Positions 50,041 to 64,000 of a stretch of DNA of 64,000 nucleotides are shown piece by piece. Each line of letters starts with the position of its first letter. The first letter of the stretch is position 1. Under the pieces are notes generated by a model. It was not told the origin of the DNA and did no database searches. It saw nothing but the letters and a program-made list of their open reading frames with translations. The position numbers and the translations under genes were made by a program. This stretch comes from Felis catus (lineage: Eukaryota): the NCBI RefSeq assembly GCF_018350175.1, contig NC_058368.1, positions 65,846,001 through 65,910,000 of the forward strand, written 5' to 3'.

Positions 50041-53000
50041 AAGACAAGCTCAGCCCATGAGGACTCTTCTGTCTTATTGCAGTTCATTTTGCCAGTCTCG
50101 GGTTTCATATCAACAGGAATGTCAATTTTAATGCAGTTACGAAAATTCACTCTTTAGGTATTGAGAAAATAAAGCCACGTAATTAGTAAGCATTTATTGA
50201 TTAGTCACAAAGTACATGTGACTATCATTACGAATATTTTATTGTGAGCTATATATGTATATAATATGAAAACATGCCATACCTTAAACATAATATAAAT
50301 ATAACATAGAAGAAAAGTAAAGAGAGAAAAAGCTTGATGTAATCCAGAGCTCACGGGACCAAGGATAAGAGATAGCGGGATTGAATTCTTATTTGGATCC
50401 TAATTAATTGTCCGAATGACTTCATTTCTTCCCTCCTTGGTGAAGTGAGAGCGTTGGACTAAATGAAATGCTTTATTGGGAGTGAAATTTTCAATATAGC
50501 AATTATTTCAGTCATGGACATATGACCTAGGAACTAAGGTATACACTCAAGAGTGCACATCTGGAATTTAGCTCTGTGTGGGAAAGGGCTAGTGATTAAT
50601 TTCAAGGTGTAGGCCATACTGTCTTGTATAGCATGCCTCTATTTTTGAGTGTGGCTTTGGAATCTATCCAGCTACTATTTCTGGTTGTCACTCTTTTAAT
50701 TGATCTCATTTCTAATTTTAGGGTGACACAGTTTACTTTTATAATGCCAGGTCGTTGCTGTTTTCCTGAATCACTTTGAATTCCAAAGATATTTTTGAGC
50801 GGCAGGATACCTGTTCATGGGCCTCCTAGAATTCAGCCTGGCCACTGGGGAGATTCAAGCACTATATCTACCGTACTGAATTTTCTTCAGTGATTCATAA
50901 TTTTAATTTTGACACTTAAGATGTATTTGATGTTAATGCAGGTTATTGCCAGAGATAATGGATGCCCTGCTACAGAGATGGCTTTTGCAATGTTTTCTAC
51001 TGAATCCCACATTTGATTGGCGTGTGTGTCCTAGAAAAATTGGCATAGCACCTTGTTAGCGGGCACAGTGCCATCTAACAGTTGGGGAGAGAGTTAGGCT
51101 GAAAAGTGATCATAAATGAAGTCAGCTGGGAGTGTTCAGGAATGTGTTTCAGGCTCCGTGGAGTAGAGGGAAGCAAATGATCTCATGAAAATCTTTTTCT
51201 TCTTTTACGTGAGTTTCCACCAACTGTAACTTTTGAGAGGATTGGAAGACTCTTTTGCGAACTTGGAAGAATGGGTGTTTGAAATTTAATTGTATAACAA
51301 AGTTACAAAACAACGTGATGTTTATATTGGCAGTTTGTTAGATCAGTATTCCCGCGGGTAGAGTGTATCAGATCACTCTGTCAATGGTTGTGGTGTATAG
51401 AGTAGAATGAGTAAGGGAGCCGCTTGTTACCTGGTCCAATGTTCTGAGTTATTGAGCCTCTGTTATCTCATCTGCAGAGTGGGGATGATGCAAAGTGGGG
51501 ATGAAGAATGGTTACAAGAGAGAAATATGAAAAAGGAAACAAAAGCAGATTCTCATCATTAAAAAGGTTAGGTGATATTAACGTCTTATGTAAAAACAAA
51601 AGCAAAATATAATCCAAACTGGTCAACTATAAAACCTACCGGAGCAACGTTAGTTTAAACACTCTCAATTTCTGTTATGAATAGGATGATCCTAATTATG
51701 GGATACCATATCTGCTTTGAGGAATGTTTTCCTTATCTATACTCTGGCCTCATGATGCACTGCAGTGTAGACGCTCAACAAAGAAAAATGCAGGGAGGTC
51801 ATCTGGGGTTTTGTTCTTTTCTAATGGTTTTAAGTATATACTCCATCCTCTTTGGAAATGCCTTCCTGCTAGGCTGTGTGTGAGGTACATCTTGGGCCGA
51901 ATCTCACTGCAGTTTTAGTGAAACCCATGTACTATCCTGCTAATTGGTCTGTAAATAAAGTTTAGTAGACATCACACTCCTATTCTTTTTCTTTACACAC
52001 CCTCCAAAGAATCTTTAAGATTTTGTTCTACATAATCAATTAAAGCCAAAATAAGTATTCCATATAATTTCATGATTCTCCTGGGAAATTCCAGGGCTCA
52101 GTGAGTTATGTTCCAATATTTCCAACATAAATATCACTAGTTCTTCCTACCCAGAGTCCTGCAGGATCAAGTTAAAGGTGAAAACTTATTTATTCATCAG
52201 TCTCCTTACCTGTCCAATTAATAATTGAAAACCACTGGCAAGAGAAGATTTCTTTTTCACACACTCTCAACTCTTGCACACATGGTTTTATTATTGATTG
52301 TACATGAGAACAGGCTGTGTTTCCATTACCTACACTTTTATTGTTCCCTGAGTGTTGACTTCAAAATTATATTTCTTCTCTGTTGGGTCTTACAAATGAC
52401 TATGATCCCATTTCTAACCTAGATGGATATTTCAGTCTCTTGCTCGTTGGCTAGTATCATGCAACAGAAGAGAAGTGCTTTTGTGCTTATCCTCAGAGTT
52501 TAGTTTGGTACAAAATCTTAGATTCCTAATGTTGATATTTCATATTTTTTTAAAAGTTGTGCAGATAAAATAAATAGAAAATTCAAGGGGTTCAAGTACT
52601 AACTTAAATACAGTTGAAAAGATAATTGCAAATATTTTGTGGAGAAACACAGAAGAAGCACTATAAACAATGTTCTGTTTATATTATCTGTTGCCTCTTC
52701 TGACTTTGTAAATAATAGTGAAAATATGTGTTATCGATAGCCTGAAACATAGACCAAGAGTAAACTATTTAAATGATATGAATCCTTTTAAAACCACAGT
52801 CAGTCTTCTGGAGTATAATTCTGTAGGTTTTATGACATTGTATTTGTTTTCCTGTGCTCTTGTGTTGCTAAATTGTGTTGGGGTAAAAGGTCTTAGCACC
52901 ACTATGGTAGAGGAAACATTACATTTATAAATAATGTAAAACAATCAGTTCATTTTCATTTTACTATTCTCCACTACAAATGTTATTACTTTTCAAAAAC

Positions 53001-54393
53001 TCTGAGAGGTTAACGTTTATACCTGATTCACTGAGCAAAGCTGCAAAATTTTAGTCCTTAAATTCTTTATAAGCAGAATGAATTGTTCAAATAGGCGTTG
53101 CTATAAAATGGTTTAAGTACTATATTTTCACTTCTAAAAGATTCATTTGAGATGCAATCAAAGGTAAGAATTAAAAATTTTACTATATTTAACACATGTA
53201 CTCAATTTGTTTCCTTTCCCTTGATAGTCAATTCCATTAGATTTATATTGTGGCAATAATTTTATCTCTATGAAAGAACATAGCTTATCAAACTCAGATT
53301 CCATTCATGAGTCTGAAACATGCTAATGTGATGTGATTACAGTATATCTTAGGATACATGCTAATGTGTTTTCTGAGTTTCCTTACTGGCTCTCCAGAAA
53401 CGAAGACAAACCCATTTTTAAAGTAATTTTAGTTTTTCTAAATTCAAGTTATCATTGTCCATAGGACATGGCAATATTTAAGTATTATATGTGAACATTA
53501 TTGAAATTCACAAAATTACTGAAGTTAATGGGAAAAAAATAACATGTTCACGGGGACAAGGTAAACCAGCTGTAACTATTTTGGGAAGTCAGAATTGGCT
53601 TAGCCTTTTCCATAACTCATGGTAGGATTATCATTATCATATGGGACTAATGACACATCATGTTGTGAATCTGATTACAACCAGAACACAAGGAAAATAA
53701 AGAAGAAATCATTCTTGAACACCTTACATGAAGAGATTGGGATGTCTTTTCCAAATTATCATAATTTGATTACTCCACCAGTCTATTAAACATAATTCAT
53801 TGAAACCCACAGAGACCTAACATATTTTCCTGATGACATACAGGTTCCTTTCAGTTCTTTCTCGTAAAAACTGAGTGAGCAGTTTTAGGAAGAACAATAA
53901 TATCTTTTCCTCCATCCTATTTCTCATTTGGGAATTTCTGAATCTCTGTTTATGGTTTGGGGGTACCTCTGTTTCTCTCACAGTACTAGTGTTTGATTCA
54001 CATATAACATTAAACCTCATTATTTGAGTCCTTTTTTTTTCTTTTTTTTAAATATGCTTCTGGTTTTTCAAATTCCAACTCACTCTTGTCCCCTTCTAGG
54101 ATGTATTTACATATTTTCATTTGAATTACGATGTTAAAGTTTCAATGGGAATCCACGGAAGGCCCAAGTGAGTATATTCTTGGCATTACCTTTTTAAAAA
54201 TGGTTTCAATATGTAGATTTTCAATACTAAGAAAAGAGAAGTTTTACCTACTTACGACATTTTTCAATTTTGAAGAAGCATCAACATCCTAAAAATATAG
54301 CATCTGTAGGCATCTAAAATGTATTTTAATTACAGACTACACAGCATTCATATCCATTAATTATCATGGGCCCATTAATACATTCTGCTTGAT

Positions 54394-54607
54394 GGGGCTC
54401 CTGGGTGGCTGGGTCAGTTAAGCATCCGATTCTTGATTTCGGCTCAGGCCACGACCTCACGGTTCGTGAGTTTGAGCACCACATTAGGCTCTGCCCTGAC
54501 AGTGTGGAGCATCCTTGGGATTCTCTCTCTCCCTCTTTCTCTACCCCTCTCCTGCTTGCGCTCTCTCTCCACCCCCTTCTCTCAGTATAAGTAAACATTT
54601 TTTAAAT
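54394..54607 (+). mobile_element. CanSINE
   Basis: TSD ttaata(ca/tg)ttctgcttga at 54375-54392 and 54608-54625. Confidence 0.92.
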
Positions 54608-56243
54608 TTAATATGTTCTGCTTGACAATACATTCTTTGTCTCATTTTTGTTATTTATATAAACTTAAAAAATTAAACCGTCTTGTATTAGAACGGTCTT
54701 TAAAAATCTAGTTTATTTACTTTCCTACTATATGAATCTAAATCAGATTAATTTCTCAGATGACTATAAATTGGTGAGAGGGTATCAGCAAAATTCTCGG
54801 ACTCCCAACCTATGGTGAGAATAAAGCAGCATGTTCAAAAATGTTTTTAACCCCTCCGGACTATTAACATTCAACCCATGTTAACTGAACACTTAATTTG
54901 TCTCTGGTGCTGTGATAGGCAGAGTGGATCAAAAGATTCAGGAGGCATGAACCCCGCTTACAAAAGTTGCATAATAAGAGACATAGGAATGTGAACAAAT
55001 GAGTATAAACTATAGGGAAATGAGTAGAACATGAGTAACAGAGATATTTGCACAGTTTACACCAAGGAGTAAGTGATAAGCCCTGCATCAGTGGTGAAGG
55101 GCAGAGTGGGTGAGCATGCCTGGAAAGAACCTACTGCTGCCAAGACGAATTTTGCAAAGGTGAAGACAGGTTTTCCATGTCGACAATGTGTAGAAGGTCC
55201 CATGCCAACGGGGCCGTGAAGGACAAAGGTGTGAAATGGCGCAACACGCTTGAGGTGACTGTTGCATAAATTGCCAGGAACCAACAGACTGGAGAAGAAA
55301 GCCACATCCGGATGTGACGCTTGACAGTGCTCAGAGGTTGTCTTAATATGTCTTCAGCTGACCTCCAGCCCTGGTTCCTAACTAAAACTAAAAGTTCTAG
55401 TTAGGCAAAGCAAGTTTTATGTGGATTTAACAGAAGTAGGAGTTGAAGAAAAATAACAGTAACTGCCTTTTATCGTGGCCACTTCTTGCTACCTCTTCCT
55501 CGTAAGTTCTTGTTCCGCATTTCCTGTGTTAAAATGGTGGGACAATAAACAATTTGCGCTCACGTATCATGTATTTAGTACCAACTGTATGCAGTGCACC
55601 TTACTTGTCACTAATATCACTCTGAAGGCTTTTTTCACATTGGTCGCTTTGAGAGGGGCCGTAAAATTTATCTTTATTGGAAAGAGGAAAATAGATCACA
55701 ATAAATTGCGAACGCACCAGGGAGTTTACTCATAAGCAGCAGGAGAGAATCAAAGCCAGCTTTCAAGTAGAAAGAAAGCTACAGACTGAAAGAAGCTCTC
55801 TGTGGGAGATGACAAACCGTAAAAATATCAGAGACGTTGCGAAAGATTTGGAAGTAGTCAGCTATGTCAACCCATTGTGAATTCTGTAGATGGTTGAAGG
55901 TTTGTACAGATGCTATCCAGAATAATTTGATCAGGTCTTAGCTACTTTACAGGGTAATAAAATGATGGTTTTGCCAGCCTGTGCAAGCGATATCATAACA
56001 TTACTTTTATCCTTGGGAATTAGAAATTCTCTCTATCTCTGAATAAAAAGAACAAACTGAAAGATCCAGGCCATTTGCAGGGTCCTCGGAAGATGTGCAA
56101 AGCCAAGTAGGAAAAGCAAATGTACAAATGGAAATCCTTTTAAAATAGTGGAGGTCATCATAAATTACTATAAGACTGTTAACTGTTTCTTGGTTTCTGA
56201 AGATTCAATTATGTTAAAGCATAGAGACGATCTTATTGAGTAT

Positions 56244-56471
56244 ATTTATTTATTTATTTATTTATTCATTCATTTATTTATTTATTTATTTAAGAGAGAG
56301 AGCATGTGAGCAGGGGAAGGACAGAGAGAGGGAAAAGAGAGAATCCACGCTGGGCGTGGAGCCCAACACGGGACTCGATCTCAGACCCATGGTCTGAGAC
56401 CTGATCCGAATCATGACCTGAATCGAAATCAAGAGTTGGTTGCTTAACCAACTGAGCCACCCAGGTGTCCC
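56244..56471 (-). mobile_element. CanSINE with (TTTA)n tail
   Basis: TSD tctt(a/g)ttgagtat on both sides. Confidence 0.92.
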
Positions 56472-56743
56472 TCTTGTTGAGTATTTTAATAAACTGCTAT
56501 TAACTAAACACCATCTGTGTTTTTACTATTCTCTGAGAGCTAGAAGAAATGAAGAGGGAAAATTGGCCCTTGAGTTACTTATCATAATTTATCCAAGGAG
56601 ATGAAACGTGCATATACATAGCAAAAATAAAGGCTAATAAAGAAATACAAGTGCCCAACTGTGTAGCATGGTGTATAAGTGTTATATAGAGTCAAAAAGA
56701 ATAGTGATCCTGTGGGCTATAGATAAGGAGAAAAAGAAGAAAT

Positions 56744-56748
<5 letters not shown>

Positions 56749-56790
<42 letters not shown>

Positions 56791-56832
56791 ATATGTATAT
56801 ATTTATATATATTATATTTTATTTATATATAT
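56749..56832. repeat. (GT)n followed by a TA-rich tract
   Basis: Seen directly. Confidence 0.93.
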
Positions 56833-57429
56833 TTTTTAACATTGAGAGTAGGTAAATTGCTTACATAATTCAATTAAACATTATAGTTTAAATTATAACA
56901 ACAACAAAAATGTATAGCTACGATTGATAACCTCTTATTTTAAGTAATATTAGTTATAATGTAAGGATATGAATTATCCACCACCTATTATTTGATGGGT
57001 TAAAGTGTTAAGAGCCCTTTAGTAATACATCTTTATTCATAACACTTAATTTTTTTCTTCATGATTAAATTAATCCAAAATACTGCCTGTTGTCATACCA
57101 GACCAATACACTGTAGTTCCATTATTAATAGATCCTATATGAGTGAGCAGTGGCTGATGGTTTAATGCTTTATTATGTCCGGTCTTTTAGATATGAGATT
57201 TTAACTTGCTCTTTTGGGCTCCATAACATAATGTTTCATCAAAACCGTATTAGTTTGAAAAAACAGGAAATTTAAACTCTGCTTCCAATAGAAGAGCACA
57301 TGATGATATTTATTTATTCATTTAGATTTTTGTTCTAATATCCCAATGCTTATAAATCCTGTCTTTTCCATATTGCACTTTTCTTTTCACTTCAACATAG
57401 AATATGTTTTCTGCTCTTCATGTTTGGTT

Positions 57430-58360
57430 AAAGGGTTTTGAGCAAAGGAATAATGCAAATTGGTTTATAGCAACTCTTGGTACGATGTTGAGAATGGCCT
57501 GTTGGAGGGAAGAGGAAAAGGAGGTACACCAGTTGGACTATTTGCAGGCACCTCAGCAAGAGATGTTAGTCACTGTAACTAACAATGGAAGGAGTGAGAA
57601 GTGGGTGAATTGGAGGTATATTTTGAAGGTGGAAACCAACAGGATGTGAGATGGGGAAAAACAAAGTAAAGACTCTATGATGACTCCAAGGTTTTTGCCC
57701 TGAACAAGCAGGAAATATGTTGTTGCCATTGAGTGAGACGGTGAAGACTGGAGGTGGTACAGTTTGGGGGAAGAATATGAGGAGATCGGTTTGCGACGTA
57801 GGAAGTTTTAGAGATTTTTTTTTATGCATCCAAGTGGAGATCTTGAGTAGGCAGTTGAATCTATGAGTCTAGAGTTCTGGAGAAGGGTTTAATCTGGATT
57901 TATGCAAGTGGGAGGCATCAGAATATGGGTTATATTTAGAGCTGTAAGATTAGATAGCATCACAAGGGAGTGAGTGTACATAGTGAAGAGTGGAGATCCA
58001 AGGACTCCATTTTAAGGAATCTGACAGAAGTGGATGGATCAGCAAACAGAACCAGGAACAGCAGCCAATAAGATAGAAGGAAAACCATAAGAATATGATA
58101 TTCTAGAAGTCAAGTGAAAAAACCTGTAGCAAATAGGAGCATATGAGAACCGTGTTAAATTTTGCAGCTGGGTCAATGTAAAATGAGGATGAGAACAGAC
58201 TATTAATGTGGAGCTTATTATCAGTAGTCTTGACTAACAATTTGTTGGGGAGATGAGGCTGAATCTTTGTGGTTTTAAGAGGGAATGGGGAGGAGAAACC
58301 TCATAGGCTGCAAGAATAAACAATTATTTTAAGGTATTTTGTTATGAAAATGAAGGGGAG
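57430..58360 (-). mobile_element. L2 LINE fragment
   Basis: atgactccaaggtttttgccctgaacaa...catccaagtggagatcttgagtaggcagttgaat matches the reverse-complement L2 body. Confidence 0.8.
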
Positions 58361-58499
58361 AAACTGAAGCTGACTTTGAAGTAGGGTCAAGAAAAGGATG
58401 ATCGCTGTGCATTTATATTAATAAGAATTATATTATTATCATTATTTTTAAGATCAAAAAATGAAAATTGCCATTGTGTTAAAAGAAAAGAGTACAGAA

Positions 58500-58650
58500 T
58501 AAAAGGCTCTAAGTATTTCACAAATAATCTTAACAACTGTGAGGTATATGCTATTATTTCCTCTATGTGGTAGAAGCATTGAAAGCTAACACACGAGCAG
58601 TCAGGTATTTTCTTCTTGGCAATCCTGTTCAAAGTCTGAGCTCTTAACCA
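58500..58650 (-). mobile_element. MIR fragment
   Basis: aatcttaacaactgtgaggta...ctattatt...aaagtctgagctcttaacca. Confidence 0.55.
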
Positions 58651-58651
58651 A

Positions 58652-58769
58652 TGAACTTGATCACTCTGTAGGGACCCTGTTTCTTAATAAGGTCATATTC
58701 CGAGGTACTGAGGGTTAGGATTGCAACATATCTTTTGGAGGGGCAGGATACACAATACAACCCATTACA
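58652..58769 (-). mobile_element. MLT1 (ERVL-MaLR) LTR fragment
   Basis: gaccctgtttcttaataaggtcatattccgaggtactgagggttagga...acacaatacaacccattaca is the reverse complement of an MLT1 5' end. Confidence 0.8.
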
Positions 58770-59834
58770 ACCATATTACTGTGTTATACATAACATGGTT
58801 TTGATTTATATGAACCTGATTGAGAATTATGGATAGTAACATACTACACACATATGTAGCCATATTACTGATCCATCTACTTTAGCTCAGCTTTCTGAAA
58901 ATCGGGTTTGTTGGATAAGAGCTCAGACCTTTATAGAAAGGTCTTTGCCATGTGTCTTGCTCCTCCTCTTCCTTCCCCTTCACACTTAGCCAGCCTTTTC
59001 TCATTCTTTACACACTAGCATCCAGCACTGGCTCCTCGGGAAGGTCCTCATGGATGACCTTAGACAAATCCATCCTTTGGAGGTTTTTAGAGCAAGGTTC
59101 ACCTCTTTGTCTTAACTCTGTGTCATTATAGTTCTGCATTTTGTATGTGAGTGATCATTTGATTACATGTGCCTCTCACAGATCCACAGAAGAGGGGCCC
59201 TGTATCTGCAAGGCCACATTAGTGCCAGTCCCAGAGTAGATATTCAATAGTATGTATTTTTTAAAGAAGAGTTGCTTTAAATTGTTGGCTCCTTTACTTC
59301 CAGTCTCTTAAATGTAAGAAGGGGAAGGCTCATTTTAATCTCTTCTTTGAAGTAGTTTCCGCCCCCCCCACCCCCGGATTTAAATTGAGTCAGTACATGG
59401 GCTTAAATTTGGTGCTTAGAAATTTTTATACCAATATATGTTGGTTATGATGTGTCGGAATGAAGAACTTCAGAATTCCTGTACAGAATGTCTTGGTGTC
59501 ATTCTTGGAGGTGATAATATACTTGTAGAGTTGTTCTGTATGATATTCTATGTCTGCTTTACAGTTTTCCCTAGTACTTTCAAAGGTGGGGGTGTGTGTG
59601 GAATGAGCATTCTAAATTTATTTGTACTTTTATTACATGGAGAACAGTTAAGTTATAATAATGAAGACTCTTGGTCCTTAATTATCTTTATAGCTGGCCA
59701 AGATCTATCACAGCTAATGCTATTTCACAAAATAACCATTGTCTAACAATAATTTGAGTCTCATTTTGCTGTCGTTGCGGTCACTATAGTAAAATAAAAA
59801 TACAGTTACTTACTATATCATTTTTCTAGCTAAA

Positions 59835-60090
59835 AAGGTGGACCCAGAGGCTAGACTTTTTGTGTTTGAGTGCTGACCTTGGAACCTTTACTCTCTAATT
59901 TGGGGACCATATTGCAGTTACTTTAATATCTCTGTGCCTCAGTTTCTTTATTTTTTTTTGTTTTTTTTAAAGGGGGTGCTAATAGTGTCTGGGGGTCTGT
60001 TTGGAAAAATAAAAGAGTAGATTTCTGCATAAGTCCCTTAGAATAGTGCCTGGCCATAATAGACATTCAAAAATGCTAGCTATTATCATT
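59835..60090 (+). mobile_element. MIR
   Basis: tctctgtgcctcagtttctt...cttagaatagtgcctggcca...aaatgctagctattat. Confidence 0.75.
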
Positions 60091-61784
60091 ATCATTATTT
60101 TATTATTATAATTATTATTGTTATTATTATCATTACAACTTGGTGAGATCTTTTTCTGTTTCACAGTAGTGAAAAACAAATTCTTTTGCATGAATTCCAT
60201 GAAGGTTTGCTGAGGCCTATTGTATACCAGACCGTGTTCCATGTCTTGGGAACATAAATGAATAAGACATACATTCCAGAGATGACACATCTAACTCTAT
60301 ACAGTAATTAAACTCCAAATGTAGGCAAAAATATTTATAAATTTTGGTAGCGTAGGTTTAGCAAGATCTTCAAGAACATGAAATTGTATTTTTTTTACAA
60401 AAAAATGTCTAACTATTAATCACAGAAAGCATCCACAAACTCGGATTTTATCTACGAGAAGACAGCCACCAAAAATGGATGGTGGTGGGCGAATAACAGG
60501 AAGCCAAGAGCTTAATTTTCTCCTGTCAAGGCATTTCAAGCTTTTATTTTAAGCCTCCTCCTGGCACCTGTGTTATCCGCCCCTTGAAAGGCTTTGCTTT
60601 TAATGCAGCCAGTTTACTTTGAGCCGTCAGTTGATGAATTTCATTATCTCATTTGGCTCTTTTATTTTCAATGGTATAGGAGTGCCATTGGGAAACAGTA
60701 AAAAAGAGCTCTGGTTTAGAAAAGTCCCTTCCTGATTCCGGGATATCACCCTCTGACTTCTCGACTGGGAGAGTTACTTCATCCTCTGGGTCTTATTTCA
60801 GTCCTTTGTACAACAAATGGGTCATCGGCTGAGGTGGCATGAAATCCTGGGAGGTCCTGCCCGCCCTGTTGTTCAGGTAGGGGAGCCTGCCCTGACCGCT
60901 GGAGGGGTTATCTGAGTACAGAGCAAGGAAGTGGTCAGGACACCATGAAGCCCGTGCGGATGTTGCTATTCATGAAATGACACCAGACTCCGTTAGGACT
61001 TCCCTTGGGTGATTATAAAAGTTTTTGTGCAATTTGGCTTTCAGAAATGACAGCAACAGTAAAAGCAATATGCTCGAGTGCCTAGGAAGTTCACCAAGAT
61101 TGAATGAAGAACAAACGTAATGCTATCAGTGTTGAATTTTTCTTAAGTTCTCTCCCCACAGTACCAGCTAAATGGCATTTCTAAAGTATTTAGGAGGGCA
61201 GCTTCAAAGAGTTTTCGCCACTCACATGAAAGTTTAGCTGACTTCTGGGGAAAATAAGCAAGCCTAGGAATGGACTTTCCATTCTGCAGGAGAGACATTG
61301 CCACTGATTTATCACTCCATGAGTTGATATTTAGGGGGTCTGTGCAGGGGACTGGCCAGAATGGAAAGTCCATCAAGGTACTGCATTCGATTCAGAGAGG
61401 AAGATGAGTCCCAAAGCAAATTGCATAGAAAGAGGAGGGAGGAGTTTATGGTGCATATGCCCCGGAAAGGATTTAATCCAATTCAAAATTTCAATTCCCA
61501 AGATAAAATCCTGCCCTAGTCAGCATCCCTGGGAAGCATATATACACAGCCCCCAACACATAGGAGAAAGTGGTTATAAAACAAAATAGTGTAAGCCAAA
61601 ATATAGTGGATACGTGAGCTTACTTGCCACTGTATATAAAGAGGCAAACCCAGTTATGAACCTTCCAGAGTAATACCCCCATTGGCATTTATTATTCCCT
61701 CTGTTCCCAGTGTAGCACGCTCTCTTTGTTTCCCTGTTCTCTATCACTGTGAAGTTTATGGCCTTCCAAAATTTGCCATTTTTT

Positions 61785-61787
<3 letters not shown>

Positions 61788-61830
<43 letters not shown>
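61788..61830. repeat. (CT)n microsatellite
   Basis: Seen directly. Confidence 0.96.
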
Positions 61831-61833
<3 letters not shown>

Positions 61834-62109
61834 TTGACACATTCTTTCAATAACATATTTTAAAATACAGAAAGGGGTTGTGGCTCTTTCAACTCTGCAT
61901 CCTCACTCTTGATACTGTTTTATGGCCCAAAGAATGAACTTTGCATACAGTTTGATACATAGCTAAGCAGATATAGAAACAAGAACAGGTTCCTTATAGT
62001 TTTTACCTTTAGTTCGGTCAAGGTGATGTGATAAATGTTGTAAAAACAAAGTCCAAAAGTCACAGACAGGCTGAGGACAACCAAATGGTAAAACGAATTC
62101 ATTGTAGAC

Positions 62110-63099
62110 TAATTCGTTTTATTCACGTTTTAATTCAGCGCAGTCACGCCCATTCATTTATGCACTACCTGTGGCTGTGTTTTCTTTTTTTTCTTTTTTT
62201 GTTTTTAATTAAATTGAAGTGTAGTTGATACACAATGTTACATTAGTTTCAGGTATACAACACACCGATTTGACAAGTCTATACATGATGCTATGCTCAT
62301 TATAAGCATAGTTGTCATCGATCATCACGCAATGCTATTACAATACCATTGACTATATTCCCTGTGCTGTACCTTTCACAACTGAGACTTATTCATTCCA
62401 TAAGTGGAAGCCTCTACCTCCCTTTCCCTTTCATTCATTTGGCCTCCCCACCCCTCCCCTCTGGCAACCATCAGTTAGTTCTACATAATTATGGGTCTGT
62501 TTCTGCTATTTGTTTGTCTTATCTTTTTAGATTCCACGTGTAAGTGAATAATATGGCTTTTGTCTTTGATTAATTTCACTTAGCATAATACCCTCTAGCT
62601 CCATCCAGGTTGCTGGAAATGGCAACAACTCATCCTTTTATATGACTAAGTAATAGTCCATTGTGTATGTATAACCACGTCTTCTTTATCCATTCATCTT
62701 TTGATGGATACTGGGTTGCTCTCATAGCTTGGCTACTATAAATATGCTTCGGTAAATGTAAGAGTGCATATATCTTTTCAAATTAGTGTTTTCATCTTTG
62801 GGTAAATAGCCAGTATTGGAATTGCTGGATCATATGGTATTTCTATTTTTAATTTTTTTGTGGAACCTCCCTATTGTTTTCCACAGTGGCTGCACCAATT
62901 CACACCCCCACTCACAGTGCACAAGTGTTTGTTTTTCTCTCCATCCTTGCCAACACTTGTTATTTCTTGTCTTTTTTATTCCATATGGCTGCCTTTTCAC
63001 TACAACCAGAGTTGGGTAGTTGTGACAGAGGCCATACAGCCCACAAAGCTGAAAATATTTATTGCCTGACCCTTCACAGTTAAAGCTTGCCAATCTCTG
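62110..63099 (-). mobile_element. MER58A split into two halves (about 62110-62178 and 62983-63099) by the L1
   Basis: cagtcacgcccattcattta...tggctg continues after the L1 as tatggctgc...gagttgggtagttgtgacagag...gcttgccaatctctg. Confidence 0.75.
62180..62980 (-). mobile_element. 5'-truncated L1 (L1MA9/carnivore-type) 3' end
   Basis: T tail followed by gaagtgtagttgatacacaatgttacattagtttcaggt; minus translation NNKCWQGWREKQTLVHCEWGCELVQPLWK is the ORF2 Cys-rich domain. Confidence 0.9.
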
Positions 63100-64000
63100 T
63101 TGCAGATTATTCAGAAGTAGAAACTGAAATGATCATCATTTCTATTAGTAACTCATTAAACCCAAAGGAACAGATTTCTAATGCAACATACAGTTCACCA
63201 AAGCCTTACCTTTTTCAGAGTTTTTGATATTTTCAAAGCATATTTGTCACACATTACTCGTTAATGGAAACAATAAGCTGATTAGGCTGGGTTTCCGGTA
63301 GATAATAATCCGGTTGGTAGAGCTAGAGTAGTGCTTTTCTCTGGACAGTCATATTTATGACTGATCCACTGTGACATCATAAACGTCTCTTTTGTAGTTT
63401 ACCCTGCTGTAAATAGCACTCTCCCTGGTATTTATGAACCACTGTGGCATCCTGATGCTGGGGTACAGTTTACAAGATCCACGGGTCTAGCCTCCACTGT
63501 CGTTCTCAGATTTCCAGAGTCCTTTATTAAATGGGGGTCCACTATATGTGCTGTGAATTTGTGTTGCAAGATGTAGGGGTGGCCCCCTGTGTTTACTCAG
63601 GAATGTGTTGGGAAGTAACCTTTGCTCTAGAAAAAAATAAAAGAGGATGTCATTATGAGTCAAAACCCTTAAAATATGACTGTCCTGTTTCTCAAATGCC
63701 TTTCCATCTTACCTTTGCAGGGAGCATTCTTAAAATACATTGCTTCTTTAACGAGGGGCCAGTCAACTTTATAAGCAAAATTCTCCCAGTTTTTTTTTTC
63801 CTTCCCTACTTTGGATGTACTATCATCCTACCTGGTTTCAAATTAGCTGTAGCAGCAGATACTTAGGCATTATAAAGAAAAATGTCTATCTTGTAATAAC
63901 TGAATTAATATGTGAATGCGTTCCTGAATATGATTATGTACTGTGTAAATATGAGATGAGAACTGCCTTTCTAGTGCTTTCCCCTTGTGAATGCTCTGCT

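Overview
This is mammalian (felid, cat-like) genomic DNA lying inside the large glypican-6 gene (GPC6, + strand). The only protein-coding sequence I can support is one 392-bp internal exon at 33461-33852. It has canonical AG/GT splice sites and matches GPC6 exon 3 as I recall it. The rest is AT-rich intron (introns 2 and 3). It holds about 20 tRNA-derived carnivore/felid SINEs, several L1 pieces, old MIR, L2, L3(CR1) and hAT-Charlie (MER) relics, a MaLR LTR fragment, and microsatellites. Almost all other ORFs in the supplied track are repeat-derived or chance. I see no convincing new biological system. The most interesting observations are: (1) a TSD-bounded 4.5-kb L1 with both ends intact whose putative ORF1 start is joined directly to the middle of ORF2; (2) a CpG-rich 352-bp solo LTR with a 5-bp TSD and a predicted stem-loop at its transcript start; (3) a SINE-in-L1-in-SINE nest; (4) a dense cluster of developmental transcription-factor motifs at about 46.8-47.1 kb; (5) an L3/CR1 relic whose reverse-transcriptase motifs can still be read. 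Repeat family names come from recalled consensus sequences, not a database search, and boundaries of old repeats are approximate.
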